A DNA stretch of 64,000 nt from positions 12,455 to 76,454 of the IMG/VR virus record IMGVR_UViG_3300023179_003528; one strand, given 5' to 3'. Positions within the stretch are counted from its first letter, which is position 1, and the number at the start of each line of letters is the position of its first letter. This DNA is from a virus. The translations under genes and the position numbers were made by a program. Under the pieces are notes generated by a model. The model was not told the DNA's origin. It searched no databases and was given only the letters and a program-made list of their open reading frames with translations. Positions 42,070-52,560 of the stretch are shown piece by piece.

Positions 42070-43579
42070 AGTTGGCAGATCCAGTCAAAATGTCAGTATT
42101 TGCTGTGCTATATTTTTCTTTATCAAAGTTTTCATGCTGCGGCCATGGCTCGTGTGTAGGTGCTCGTTGCATGATACTGAGTAGATCATCTGTTACATAA
42201 AACTTTCCGTTGCTCCACCCCACTGTTTTATCTCTATTGGGTAGTTTATAAATCTTTAGACGCACAGGATCGGTAGGAGAATCTGCTGTTTTCGCCTGTT
42301 CAGCAGTTGGACCATTCATATGTATCTGTTTAGCAGTTTCAATATGACTACCTACTGTGGCAATATTTGTGTTTCCATTAGCACTGAAGTTATTATTTTT
42401 TCCTGCCACTATGTTATTATTATTGGTAGTTGTCTGATAATAAGTGTCTAGCACCTTAAGGTGCATGTTTCCAGTAGTTTTAAACATAGTGTCACCACTA
42501 GTAATCACTCCAAGGTTAGCAAAACTTAGTTTACCATCCTTATTGGCTATCAATGTAAATTCATTTTCAACATTAATGTTGATAGAATTTCCTACACTTA
42601 GGTTAAGATTCCTTAGAGCTTCTAGGTTTATATCTCTATCTGCTCTAAAATTAAAATCAGCCTCTGTTCTAATACTGACGCTGTCCTTGGCATATATATC
42701 TATCTTGCCATCACTGGTCATTTCTACCCAAGCAGTGCCCTTGCTGTTAGCAATATAGATTAGATCTTGACTATTATGCAGCAAAATCTGATGTCCAGTT
42801 CTAGTTCTAATACGAACAAGTTCATTTTCCCCATCTACATCACCGTCATCCATAACAAAAGTGCTACCACCTAGTCTACTGATAGGAAACTGTCTATTGC
42901 CTTGATAGCCAAGTTTGCCTTTTTTACCATTAGGATCTGTCGGTCCTGGAGTGCTAATACCAAAAACTAAACTAGGAGTTTCCCTCCTACTGCTGCTACT
43001 AGTTACTCCTCTTACAGTATCCAACAGTAATCCTTGAGCCAATAATCTATCAGCAAATGGATGCACTGCTTTTGGTATACGTGCCGGATCTTTCAGAGTA
43101 TTAAGAGTTTGACTCCCTCGATGAATTTCAGCTACTGGGACATTGGTAGTTCCATATTTTCTTATCTGTTCGGGCGTCATAGACGAATTAAGAGATGAAG
43201 CTACGCCAGGAACCATATGATTTTGAAACTCGTCTGGCACGCAACCTATCCAAAATCCTTGATTAGGGTCGCCTTCAATAAAAATTACTAAGACACTAGT
43301 TCCAATGTCAGGAGGCACCATCCACATTCCATAACTTTTTTGAACATCATTAAAGTCACTGCTGTTATTTCCTTCAAACTTTATACTTGTAACACCATAG
43401 AAAGGACTGAGATATCTTACAGGATGGGTAAGGCTTTGTAGATCAGATGGTATAGCTTGATTTTTTCTTAGAGAAACTTCTATAATCCCCATGTAGGTAG
43501 GATCTAAATTATTAGTAATGTCTGCTAGGTATGGTCCCGAGCTGTTAAATTTGCTGCTACTACGTTTTTCTACTTGCAT
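42065..43579 (-). CDS. gp5: baseplate central spike (gp5/VgrG-like OB-fold plus beta-helix)
   Basis: DP.YMG...PPDIG..VLV.F..GD...FWIG OB-fold, RTRTGHQILLH and a beta-helix repeat C-terminus. Confidence 0.8.
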   Translation of the reverse strand: MQVEKRSSSKFNSSGPYLADITNNLDPTYMGIIEVSLRKNQAIPSDLQSLTHPVRYLSPFYGVTSIKFEGNNSSDFNDVQKSYGMWMVPPDIGTSVLVIFIEGDPNQGFWIGCVPDEFQNHMVPGVASSLNSSMTPEQIRKYGTTNVPVAEIHRGSQTLNTLKDPARIPKAVHPFADRLLAQGLLLDTVRGVTSSSSRRETPSLVFGISTPGPTDPNGKKGKLGYQGNRQFPISRLGGSTFVMDDGDVDGENELVRIRTRTGHQILLHNSQDLIYIANSKGTAWVEMTSDGKIDIYAKDSVSIRTEADFNFRADRDINLEALRNLNLSVGNSININVENEFTLIANKDGKLSFANLGVITSGDTMFKTTGNMHLKVLDTYYQTTTNNNNIVAGKNNNFSANGNTNIATVGSHIETAKQIHMNGPTAEQAKTADSPTDPVRLKIYKLPNRDKTVGWSNGKFYVTDDLLSIMQRAPTHEPWPQHENFDKEKYSTANTDILTGSANL

Positions 43580-43580
43580 A

Positions 43581-46544
43581 TTAACTCATTAACTTTGTTA
43601 ACGGGCTTTGAGCTTTGCTGCCAAAATTAGATGCCAGTGATGTGCTAAGTTGGCCAGTATCATAAGTTCCGCTGGATCTAAGTTTTGCTTCAACTGAACT
43701 TGAATTATTGGTCAATAACGTCATTGCTTGGTCACTAGTAATTGTATTATCTACTGATGTTCTAGACGTGTTTAAGCTAGTTAATGGATTTACAAACTTA
43801 CTAGAACTTTGTAATAGATTTATCGTTGTAGATCTATCAACACCTGTTATACTCGATGGTGTTATTACTCCATAGGCACTGGCTAAACTTGCGCCTCCAC
43901 CTAACTTCATAATATCTGCAAGATCAACTGTGTTAACTTCTGCATTAGGAGCTGATTGGTTAGGAGCCAAAGGTGGAAGATTAACAAGGTTACCTACAGG
44001 AATTTGATTTATAGCCACACCTTTTTCAGCAGCAGCCTTAGGATCTACTCCATCCGGAAATGCTTGTGCTAGAGCACCTAACTGTAATAGTGCCAATGGA
44101 CTTCCAGATTGAAGTTGTTCGGGGCTAATACATAATTTATTGGCAAGTTCTGCGATACTCATACCTACTGCACTGGTAGCATTTGTTATAGCAGCATTAA
44201 TTTGCTGTGCAGTTTGAGCAATAGGGTTAACGATTTTATTAACACCTTGCTGTATTTGTCCTACTGCTGCGTTTATTCCTTGTGCAAGTGGTGCTGTTAT
44301 ACTATTAACAACCTGAGCACCTAATTGGTTAATACGCCCTATTTCTGCTATAACAGACTGGAGTTGTCCAAAAATATTAATACCTATACAAGGATCCCTA
44401 GGTCTGGCCACTGCTCGTGTAATATCACGAACTGGAATAGTCTTTGGGTCGGGTTCAACATAAAAAAAGTCCTCTGGTCTGGTTTCTTTCATTGTAGATT
44501 CTGGTAAGATTTGTCCTGGCATCCTTGTAATCTGAATACGTTGTTTAAACACTCCGTCATTAAACGAGTGAACTACTTCTCTTATCCAAAATATTCCGCC
44601 AAACTGCGCTTTACTAGAGTCAAAAATGTAGCTGCCATTTGGAGCTATATCAACAGGATTTCTAAAATTTATTTTAATGAATACCTGTTGTGTTAGATAA
44701 TTCATCTCTCCTTCTGTGGTAAATCTGTTATCACCTTTGTATACATCTTGAAACTGATTACCATGGCCACTTGTTCCCAAATAAAGAGGATCGCCTATTA
44801 TTTCTATTTCACCGTTTATGCCATTAACTACAGAATTAATAATGCTTTCATGAAGCTGCTTTGATATTACATCAAATGGAGACAGACCTGGAGGTCCAGC
44901 GTTTGGAGTATTGCCCTGATAGGCATTAAGCATAGGTGTTGGTAATCTTTGATTAGTCCCTGGTGTATCCCTTTGAGAATTGTCTGTTGGTGTTCCTCTT
45001 TCTGTAACTTGATTTTTTGTGTCTTGAGCAAGACTATTTTTATTTTGATCAAAATCACTTTGTCCTTTGAATATACTAATGTTTTCAAAGGTAAGATATT
45101 TGTAATCTAGCTTCATGCTAATCAGGTCAGAATTATTACCTGTATAAACATAATTATAAGATCTTAAAACTCTATCTTCTATATCTTCTATGTTCCATTT
45201 TTGTGTGCTAAAACCTGGAACCTTAGTGTAATGCACAGCATATGGTGTGATAATAAATGTATATTCAGTGTAATTTTTATTAGTAGTTGGATCTATTTTA
45301 GGTTTTAGTTTAGTTCTAGGATGAATCATAAACCAATCTACCATACCGTTTTGAGGAACTTCGCCCTGATACATTTTTTCTAAAAGTCGCTTACCGTATT
45401 CACTGTCTCTAATTACAGCCTCTATAACGCTGGTGATGTTGGTATTTTCATTAAAAACACTTACTGAACTAGAATTTTCGCCTGACTTGACTCTACCTCT
45501 GTCATCTACCATATTAGGATCGCCAGCGTCTACTCCTCTAGGCAAGACATAATCTTTGCCTGGTGTTTTCAATTTACTTTTAGAAAAGAAATTATCTTTA
45601 ACAGTTAGGTCAATATTTCCTTTAGCATCGACATCTGCAAATAAAATATTGTAAGTATCTGATTCCGCTGCTAATTCTTTATCTTTGCTCAGTGAATTAT
45701 TTTTCTTTAATTGCTCATTTAGATTTTTTGTAAGGTTATTAAGAACTTCACCCACAGTAGTTCCTTGAACACTCACTGGCATTTTTAATTGATTAGGATT
45801 TCCAAACGCACTCTCGTGGAAGGCAAATCCTTTACAGGAATACTTGATTCCCCTTTCTGTAAAATCTTGTTGTATATCGTTAAACCTAATTACATAATAT
45901 CTATCAGCATACAATATATTTTCCGGATCTGTAATATCTTTACTATCAGGATATCCTTTAAATTCAATTTTAAATAAAAAAGGAGTTCCGATAGGACTGA
46001 TATACCCTGCTCCAACACTGGCCACATGTAATGCTTCAACAAATCCATTTATACTGTAAGGTTCAATAACATCAAATGTAATAGTTTGTCCAAGAGTAGC
46101 ACCTAAAGCATATGTTGATATAGTCTTTAACTCTATATTATTAATATACATATCAAATCTGCCAGGGCTTTTTAGATTAAAATCTTTGATTATTTCTCCA
46201 GCTTCCTTAGCAGAAATTATAGTTGTAGGTGATTGCCCAAGCTCATTTTCATTGTATCTTGTAACATCCACCGCAGCAGTTGCTCTCAGGCCATTGCCAT
46301 CTTTACCTGCTGAATTCAAAACTATAAGGTCCAATTGATCTGTGCCTTCACGCCAGCTATAGGGATTCTCAAGTTTTTCGGCAGACAGGGCTGCTAGTGT
46401 TATATTATAAGTGTACGACCTATACTTATCTAACACATTTCCTAAAACAAAGTCAGGATCTTTTTTCTGAGGATTTATCCTAGACGAAGTTACTATTACT
46501 TTTGCTCTTTTAACTTCAGTTTTGCGCTCTACTTGTTCCGTCAT
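43581..46544 (-). CDS. baseplate hub protein (gp27-like) with long C-terminal extension
   Basis: Lies between gp53 and gp5; IEIIGDP...GGIFWIREVVHSFNDGVFKQ hub-like motif. Confidence 0.55.
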   Translation of the reverse strand: MTEQVERKTEVKRAKVIVTSSRINPQKKDPDFVLGNVLDKYRSYTYNITLAALSAEKLENPYSWREGTDQLDLIVLNSAGKDGNGLRATAAVDVTRYNENELGQSPTTIISAKEAGEIIKDFNLKSPGRFDMYINNIELKTISTYALGATLGQTITFDVIEPYSINGFVEALHVASVGAGYISPIGTPFLFKIEFKGYPDSKDITDPENILYADRYYVIRFNDIQQDFTERGIKYSCKGFAFHESAFGNPNQLKMPVSVQGTTVGEVLNNLTKNLNEQLKKNNSLSKDKELAAESDTYNILFADVDAKGNIDLTVKDNFFSKSKLKTPGKDYVLPRGVDAGDPNMVDDRGRVKSGENSSSVSVFNENTNITSVIEAVIRDSEYGKRLLEKMYQGEVPQNGMVDWFMIHPRTKLKPKIDPTTNKNYTEYTFIITPYAVHYTKVPGFSTQKWNIEDIEDRVLRSYNYVYTGNNSDLISMKLDYKYLTFENISIFKGQSDFDQNKNSLAQDTKNQVTERGTPTDNSQRDTPGTNQRLPTPMLNAYQGNTPNAGPPGLSPFDVISKQLHESIINSVVNGINGEIEIIGDPLYLGTSGHGNQFQDVYKGDNRFTTEGEMNYLTQQVFIKINFRNPVDIAPNGSYIFDSSKAQFGGIFWIREVVHSFNDGVFKQRIQITRMPGQILPESTMKETRPEDFFYVEPDPKTIPVRDITRAVARPRDPCIGINIFGQLQSVIAEIGRINQLGAQVVNSITAPLAQGINAAVGQIQQGVNKIVNPIAQTAQQINAAITNATSAVGMSIAELANKLCISPEQLQSGSPLALLQLGALAQAFPDGVDPKAAAEKGVAINQIPVGNLVNLPPLAPNQSAPNAEVNTVDLADIMKLGGGASLASAYGVITPSSITGVDRSTTINLLQSSSKFVNPLTSLNTSRTSVDNTITSDQAMTLLTNNSSSVEAKLRSSGTYDTGQLSTSLASNFGSKAQSPLTKLMS

Positions 46545-46545
46545 A

Positions 46546-46845
46546 TCAGATACCTATGTCACGCCTTAAGGTAGATAATTTAGGCAAATATATTTGTAAT
46601 CCTGCACGAAAATCAAAAATAGGATCTTTAATAACATTTTTATTTCTTATGGCAAACACCCACCAAAGATTAACATCATTGTAAAGATCAAAGGCCAACA
46701 GGTCTGGTCTAAATTCATATTCCTTAGTTAGATTATAATAAACATCATCAGTTTGAAATTCAAAATCTCTATGAGTCATTACATCTAAGTAATTACCAGT
46801 TGCTAAAGTTGTATAATAAGGACTGGTTTTTGAATAAACAGCCAT
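46546..46845 (-). CDS. gp53: baseplate wedge subunit (gp53-like, LysM-related)
   Basis: RPDLLAFDLY....LWWVFA..N...DP. Confidence 0.8.
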   Translation of the reverse strand: MAVYSKTSPYYTTLATGNYLDVMTHRDFEFQTDDVYYNLTKEYEFRPDLLAFDLYNDVNLWWVFAIRNKNVIKDPIFDFRAGLQIYLPKLSTLRRDIGI

Positions 46846-47609
46846 TATAGATATCCTTGTTTTCTATGATTATCTGTATTAGATAACCATTTGTCTACGC
46901 TATGGTTCAATATTTCTTTCCTGCTATACATTACAATACAGGTTATGGCTATAGTAGACATTGTAGGCACAGCATTTAATCCATAGGCATTAGGTTCTTT
47001 ATTTGTAAAATAATCAACTTGTTCTGAAAGATCTATTCTAAAATTACTAATAGCCACAGGCACATTTTCTAACATAAACTGTCCGTAAGCATATAATCTG
47101 CAGACAGGAGGAGGGCTTCCAGCATATAAATCTTTTCCTACACGCATTTTAGTCAAGGCCTTTAACAAATGCACAGTTGCTAGATAATTTTGAGCATCGG
47201 TTTGATTTTGAACTGTAAATTTTCCTGTAATGTTTATAGGACCTACTTGAGATCTAGTATAAAAATTTTGTCCATAGTTAGAATGAACTGTGTTTAAAGG
47301 ACTGTAGTCGGCTTTGTTGTCATACTGTATCTGAGGAGTGTAAGGAAATATGATTCCTCCAAAATTTTCCAAATTCCCTTCGTTGTGCGTCAATGATGTT
47401 AGATAACTAGAGGGCACCTTTATTCTTACCCTAAGATCGGGTTGCCTTGAAGATATTTGAGGACTGGTAATATTAACCTGAGCAGGTGTTACCTGAGGCC
47501 TCTCTGCTCCTGGCGCTACAGATTTGAATAAAGGTTTTAGTAGTTGATTTAAAATACCTTGACCTAGAGGAAGTGGTTTCCAATTTATGCGCGAATCGTC
47601 ATTACTCAT
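46845..47609 (-). CDS. tail tube initiator / baseplate-tail junction protein (gp48/gp54-like)
   Basis: FPYTPQI...GSPPPVCRLYAYG...VP tube-fold pattern; position. Confidence 0.55.
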   Translation of the reverse strand: MSNDDSRINWKPLPLGQGILNQLLKPLFKSVAPGAERPQVTPAQVNITSPQISSRQPDLRVRIKVPSSYLTSLTHNEGNLENFGGIIFPYTPQIQYDNKADYSPLNTVHSNYGQNFYTRSQVGPINITGKFTVQNQTDAQNYLATVHLLKALTKMRVGKDLYAGSPPPVCRLYAYGQFMLENVPVAISNFRIDLSEQVDYFTNKEPNAYGLNAVPTMSTIAITCIVMYSRKEILNHSVDKWLSNTDNHRKQGYL

Positions 47610-47628
47610 AAATATATTTCCATTTGTG

Positions 47629-47648
47629 TTATTTAATAAATTAAATAA
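47629..47648. promoter_or_regulatory. palindromic back-to-back late promoters
   Basis: TTATTTAA-TAAA-TTAAATAA gives TAAATA on - (47630-47635) and on + (47642-47647). Confidence 0.55.
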
Positions 47649-47668
47649 ACTACCTACTTAATGCATGA

Positions 47669-47696
47669 TTGACATTTGAGTTATAGATGTTATACT
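47669..47696 (+). promoter_or_regulatory. sigma70 promoter with extended -10
   Basis: TTGACA 47669-47674, 16 bp, TGt-TATACT 47688-47696. Confidence 0.75.
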
Positions 47697-47720
47697 GTGA
47701 TAAAGGATACAAAAACTATA

Positions 47721-48638
47721 ATGACCACAGGAATATTCACAACACGCAAAGTAAAATATTTAAACAACAGAGATCTACTTTCAGAGATCCATAAGAGCAA
47801 GTGTAGTTTTTCCAGTTTTTCTAAACCAGATTTCCAACAATATGACATTATTTTAACCAGTTTAACCAAGGTTAATATACGAACAATAGCAGAAGCCAAG
47901 CGCAATCGTGCCAAAAGATTAGGCATACAGGCATTTATACTAGCCAGACATAATGGCGATAAGAAAATTAAACTAGCAGAATGCACTCCAGACTATAAAA
48001 CTATTGCCAAATCTGATATCATAATTCGTATAATGACCTATGACCATATTCCTTTAGCACCCGGACGTAAAAAAACTACCAAAACCACAGCCGACGGTCA
48101 TGAAAAGGTCAACTTTCCTCCGTTTCAACATTGGAAATTTAATGACCAAAACGAATTAGTCTGTGTGGGTAAGAGTCATTGGAAAGGAGGAATTAAAACT
48201 GGCAAGTTCAGTAGAGATCATGGTCGCATAACAGAAGGATTAGGCAGAATGTTTATAAAACTATCTGAACGTTATGCTCAAAGATCAAACTGGCGGGGCT
48301 ACACCTATATCGATGAAATGAAAGGACAGGCTATTCTTCAACTCAGTCAAATTGGTCTGCAGTTTGATGAATCTAAATCAGAAAATCCATTTGCCTATTA
48401 TACCGCGGCAGTTACTAATAGTTTTACGAGAATTTTAAATCTTGAAAAGAAAAATCAAAATATTCGCGATGACATGCTAGAAGAAAACGGACTTACACCA
48501 AGTTCAACTAGACAAAATGCTCATGAATATGCTGAGGAGACTGCTAGACAAGCAGAATTATATAAAAATCTTCGTATGCCTAAAAGTGAAGATGAATTAG
48601 AAGAAGATCCGGAGACTGAGGAAGAAACAGGGACTTGA
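47721..48638 (+). CDS. gp55: late-transcription sigma factor (gp55-like) with N-terminal extension
   Basis: NWRGYTYIDEM...QFDESKSENPFAYYT...SFTRILNLEKK; precedes gp47/gp46 as in T4-like phages. Confidence 0.8.
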   Translation: MTTGIFTTRKVKYLNNRDLLSEIHKSKCSFSSFSKPDFQQYDIILTSLTKVNIRTIAEAKRNRAKRLGIQAFILARHNGDKKIKLAECTPDYKTIAKSDIIIRIMTYDHIPLAPGRKKTTKTTADGHEKVNFPPFQHWKFNDQNELVCVGKSHWKGGIKTGKFSRDHGRITEGLGRMFIKLSERYAQRSNWRGYTYIDEMKGQAILQLSQIGLQFDESKSENPFAYYTAAVTNSFTRILNLEKKNQNIRDDMLEENGLTPSSTRQNAHEYAEETARQAELYKNLRMPKSEDELEEDPETEEETGT

Positions 48639-48664
48639 CAGTTTAACATAAAACCTGTTAAACT
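48635..48664 (+). promoter_or_regulatory. sigma70-type promoter with extended -10
   Basis: TTGACA 48635-48640, 18 bp, TGt-TAAACT; AAGGAG RBS follows. Confidence 0.65.
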
Positions 48665-48683
48665 CATAGAAGGAGAATTTTAT

Positions 48684-49697
48684 ATGAACCTTTTTAAAAA
48701 GGTGGCAGCATTCACAGATCTTCATGTAGGGCTAAAATCAAACTCTACTCTACATCTCAAAGACTGTGAAGATTTTATAGATTGGTATATCGATACAGCT
48801 CAAAAAAATAACTGTGATACAGGAATCTTTTTAGGAGATTGGAGTCACAATCGTAACAGTCTAAATCTAATCACCCTGGATACCAGTATGAGATGTTTGG
48901 AAAAATTAGGCTCTGCATTTGAACAATTTTTTTGGTTTCCTGGCAATCACGACCTATACTATAAGGACAAACGAGACATTCATAGCAGTGTGTTCGGACG
49001 TCACATACCTGGAGTGACTGTGGTAGATTCTGTTACCACTATAGGCAATGTCACCCTGGTTCCTTGGTTAGTTGGTGATGAATGGAAGGACATGAAATCT
49101 CTTAAGAGCAAATACATATTTGGACATTTTGAACTACCGCAGTTTATGATGAATGCCATGGTACAGATGCCGGATCATGGAGAACTACAGGCCATAGATC
49201 TTAAGAGTCCAGACTATGTGTTCAGCGGACACTTCCATAAACGTCAGAACAAGGGCAATGTTTGGTATATAGGTAATGCATTTCCACACAACTTTGCTGA
49301 CAATTGGGACGATGATAGAGGCATGATGATTCTTGAATGGGGAGGTGACCCCGAGTTTATAAATTGGCAAGACTGTCCCAAATATAGAGTTGTAAAACTA
49401 AGTGAATTAATTAACAATCCAGATACAATTATTAAATCCAAGATGCATCTAAAAGTTTTGTTGGATGTTGATATCAGCTTTGAAGAAGCAAACTTTATTA
49501 GAGAAAATTTTGTGTCAAAATATGATATCAGAGATATCAGCCTAGTTCAAGATAAAAATAATTTAGATAACGGATTTGATGATAATATTGATACCAAATT
49601 TGAAAGTGTAGATCAAATTGTAATAGAACAGTTAGTCAACATAGATTCAAATCAAATCAATAAAAACCTACTGTTAGACATATACAAAAACCTATGA
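48684..49697 (+). CDS. gp47: Mre11/SbcD-like recombination nuclease
   Basis: DLH, GD, GNHD, GHFE and SGHFH phosphoesterase motifs. Confidence 0.92.
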   Translation: MNLFKKVAAFTDLHVGLKSNSTLHLKDCEDFIDWYIDTAQKNNCDTGIFLGDWSHNRNSLNLITLDTSMRCLEKLGSAFEQFFWFPGNHDLYYKDKRDIHSSVFGRHIPGVTVVDSVTTIGNVTLVPWLVGDEWKDMKSLKSKYIFGHFELPQFMMNAMVQMPDHGELQAIDLKSPDYVFSGHFHKRQNKGNVWYIGNAFPHNFADNWDDDRGMMILEWGGDPEFINWQDCPKYRVVKLSELINNPDTIIKSKMHLKVLLDVDISFEEANFIRENFVSKYDIRDISLVQDKNNLDNGFDDNIDTKFESVDQIVIEQLVNIDSNQINKNLLLDIYKNL

Positions 49698-50521
49698 TTA
49701 TAGACTGTTTTATTTTCTTCAATGAATATGAAATACTAGAAGGAAGATTAGAATATCTCTATCCTCATGTGGATTATTTTGTTCTGGTAGAATCAAACAT
49801 GACATTCAGTGGTAAACAAAAGCCCATGTATTACATGCAGAACATGTCACGGTTTAAGCCATATCTTGACAAAATTTTATATTTTCCCTTTATTACCAGT
49901 GCTGATAGATATGACTTTACCAAACAGCCTAGACATGATAGAGATTACGCTACCGGACCCTGGGCTGCCGAACATGCTCAACGTCGCTACATGGGTTCTT
50001 GCATTGATCTATTTCAAGATGAGGATATTATCCTATTCAGTGACCTAGATGAAATATGGCATAAAGATTGTATTCCTATCATACGTGAACATCTAGATGC
50101 AGGAACTCCAGCATTGACCATAGAACAAGATCATTTCTGCTATAATTTTAGACAAAAACAGATTATTCCTATTAGAGGTACCACTACCAGTAAGATAAGT
50201 TTTGCTCGTCAAAGAGATCCTCAGGCACAGCGTAATGAAAAATACGGATATCCCTGTATTATTAGAGGAGGATGGCATCTAAGCTATTGGGGTGACACAG
50301 AAAAAATCAAATACAAAATTGAATCATTTAGTCATACAGAATTGGATAGAGATGAGTATAAAAATCCGGATCATATCAAACAACGTATCAAGCTAGGTGC
50401 AGATCTGTTCAATAGAGATAATCCTTATGTAAATGTGGACCCAAGTGAAATACCCCAAGATGTAATGCAAATTTTCGGCAAGTATAATGACTACCTTATA
50501 AAAGAAAATGTTCAAAATTAA
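49694..50521 (+). CDS. GT17-like glycosyltransferase (beta-1,4-GlcNAc transferase family)
   Basis: IIDCFIFFNE..IL..RL......VDYFVLVES..TFSG..KP, SDLDEI and GGWHLSY.G...IKYKIESFSH motifs. Confidence 0.82.
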   Translation: MIIDCFIFFNEYEILEGRLEYLYPHVDYFVLVESNMTFSGKQKPMYYMQNMSRFKPYLDKILYFPFITSADRYDFTKQPRHDRDYATGPWAAEHAQRRYMGSCIDLFQDEDIILFSDLDEIWHKDCIPIIREHLDAGTPALTIEQDHFCYNFRQKQIIPIRGTTTSKISFARQRDPQAQRNEKYGYPCIIRGGWHLSYWGDTEKIKYKIESFSHTELDRDEYKNPDHIKQRIKLGADLFNRDNPYVNVDPSEIPQDVMQIFGKYNDYLIKENVQN

Positions 50522-52289
50522 AACACTCACAGTAAAAAACTTCATGAGCGTGGGCAATCAAACCCAGGCCGTAGACTTTTCTAAACAAAATCTAACCCTT
50601 GTACTAGGATCCAACCTAGACCTAGGAGGAGATGACACCGGTTCACGAAACGGCACAGGTAAAACAACAATCATTAACGCACTAAGTTATGGACTCTACG
50701 GTCAGGCTCTGACAAATATTAGAAAAGAAAACCTAATTAATAAGACTAATGGCAAAAATATGTTGGTCACTGTAGAGTTTGAAAAAGGTAAAAATCATTA
50801 TAGGATAGAACGAGGCCGTAAACCCAATGTGTTAAAATTGTTTGTGAATAACCACGAACTAAAAACTGATCAAGCCGAAGACGAAAGTCAAGGCGACAGC
50901 AGAGAGACACAGAAAAGCATAGAGGACATGCTGGAAATCAGCCACACCATGTTTAAACATCTAGTGGCCTTAAATACCTATACCGAACCTTTTCTTTCTA
51001 TGAAGGCTGCTGAACAACGTGAAGTTATAGAACAGCTACTTGGTATTACTTTATTAAGTGAGAAAGCAGATACTCTAAAAGATCATATAAAACAGACCAA
51101 AGACCTTATACAAACTGAAAACACAAAAATAGAAGCCATAAAAGCAGCTAATGAAAATGTTCAAAAAAGTATAGATAGTTTAAAAATAAAAAGTTCTGCC
51201 TGGGACAACAAACACCAACAAGAGTTAGAAAATCTAGGTCGTGCCATTGTGAATCTTGAATCTGTTAACATTGAAGCAGAAATACAGGCGCACAAAGATC
51301 TGGCCACATGGTTAGAGAATGATCGTAAACTAACACAGCTTAGAAAACAACGTGCTACTCTAGAAACTGCGGTCATGCAGGCTGCTAAAAGTGTAGAAAA
51401 GTATACTTGCGATTATGACATGCTGAAAAACAAAACATGTCCTTCCTGTAAACAGGGTCTGCAGGATCATGATCATGATCATATGATTCAAGAAGTAGAA
51501 AAAAATCTAGTTGATGCCAATGAATATGCAGGCAAGGTCACACATGATTATGGAATAGTTGTAAATGAAATTGAGGCAATTGTAAAACAACCCAAGCGTC
51601 CCGATACATTTTATGATACTGAAGCGGAAGCACAAGGACACAAGCATAATCTTGTAAATTTAGAAAAGACAATCATTGAAAAATCAGAAGAGTCCAACCC
51701 TTATGAAGAACAAATTATAGAATTAACCAATACTGCCTTACAGAGAATAGATTGGACCCATATAAATGAACTATCGAAATTAAGAGATCATCAAGAATTC
51801 CTTTTAAAATTGTTGACAAATAAGGATAGTTTCATACGAAAACGTATTATTGATCAAAACTTGACCTATCTTAATAAGAGACTAGGATACTATATTGATA
51901 GACTCGGACTACCTCATAAGGTCATATTTCAAAATGATCTAAATGTTGAAATTACTCAACTTGGACAAGACTTAGACTTTGATAATCTAAGTAGAGGAGA
52001 ACGTAATAGACTGATCCTATCAATGAGTTTTGCATTCCGTGATGTATGGGAAGGACTATATCAAAATATTAATCTACTGTTCATTGACGAACTTATAGAT
52101 TCAGGCATGGATTCAGCAGGTGTAGAATCAGCATTGGCTATGTTGAAAAAAATTGGACGCGAACGTGGCAAGAATATCTATCTAATCAGTCACAAAGACG
52201 AACTAATTGGTCGTGTCAATAACGTGCTTAGAGTTGTAAAAGAAAACGGATTTACCAGCTACTCAAATGATATAGACTATGTTGAATAA
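50508..52289 (+). CDS. gp46: Rad50/SbcC-like recombination ATPase
   Basis: NGTGKTT, CPSC zinc hook, LSRGE signature, LLFIDE and ISH motifs. Confidence 0.93.
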   Translation: MFKIKTLTVKNFMSVGNQTQAVDFSKQNLTLVLGSNLDLGGDDTGSRNGTGKTTIINALSYGLYGQALTNIRKENLINKTNGKNMLVTVEFEKGKNHYRIERGRKPNVLKLFVNNHELKTDQAEDESQGDSRETQKSIEDMLEISHTMFKHLVALNTYTEPFLSMKAAEQREVIEQLLGITLLSEKADTLKDHIKQTKDLIQTENTKIEAIKAANENVQKSIDSLKIKSSAWDNKHQQELENLGRAIVNLESVNIEAEIQAHKDLATWLENDRKLTQLRKQRATLETAVMQAAKSVEKYTCDYDMLKNKTCPSCKQGLQDHDHDHMIQEVEKNLVDANEYAGKVTHDYGIVVNEIEAIVKQPKRPDTFYDTEAEAQGHKHNLVNLEKTIIEKSEESNPYEEQIIELTNTALQRIDWTHINELSKLRDHQEFLLKLLTNKDSFIRKRIIDQNLTYLNKRLGYYIDRLGLPHKVIFQNDLNVEITQLGQDLDFDNLSRGERNRLILSMSFAFRDVWEGLYQNINLLFIDELIDSGMDSAGVESALAMLKKIGRERGKNIYLISHKDELIGRVNNVLRVVKENGFTSYSNDIDYVE

Positions 52290-52560
52290 GCCTTTAGAAC
52301 AATATTTAGAATTATATTCAGAATATGTAGTCCTTGCTGTATCTCTGCATAATTACCATAGATCCTTTTCAAAAAACCTAGGCTATGAAACTTGCCTAGA
52401 TGTTAAAAAAACTGGACGAAGAATGAATATAGTTTTAAAAGATTTACAAAAAATGGCTAGAGCTGCCTACCTCGAACATAGGAAACAAACAGTAAAAAGG
52501 GGAAGACCTAAAGGAAAAAAAGATGAACAAAACAACAACACAACTACAAAGACTATTTGA
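52279..52560 (+). CDS. hypothetical basic protein
   Basis: 93 aa with AT-hook-like KRGRPK. Confidence 0.55.
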   Translation: MLNKPLEQYLELYSEYVVLAVSLHNYHRSFSKNLGYETCLDVKKTGRRMNIVLKDLQKMARAAYLEHRKQTVKRGRPKGKKDEQNNNTTTKTI

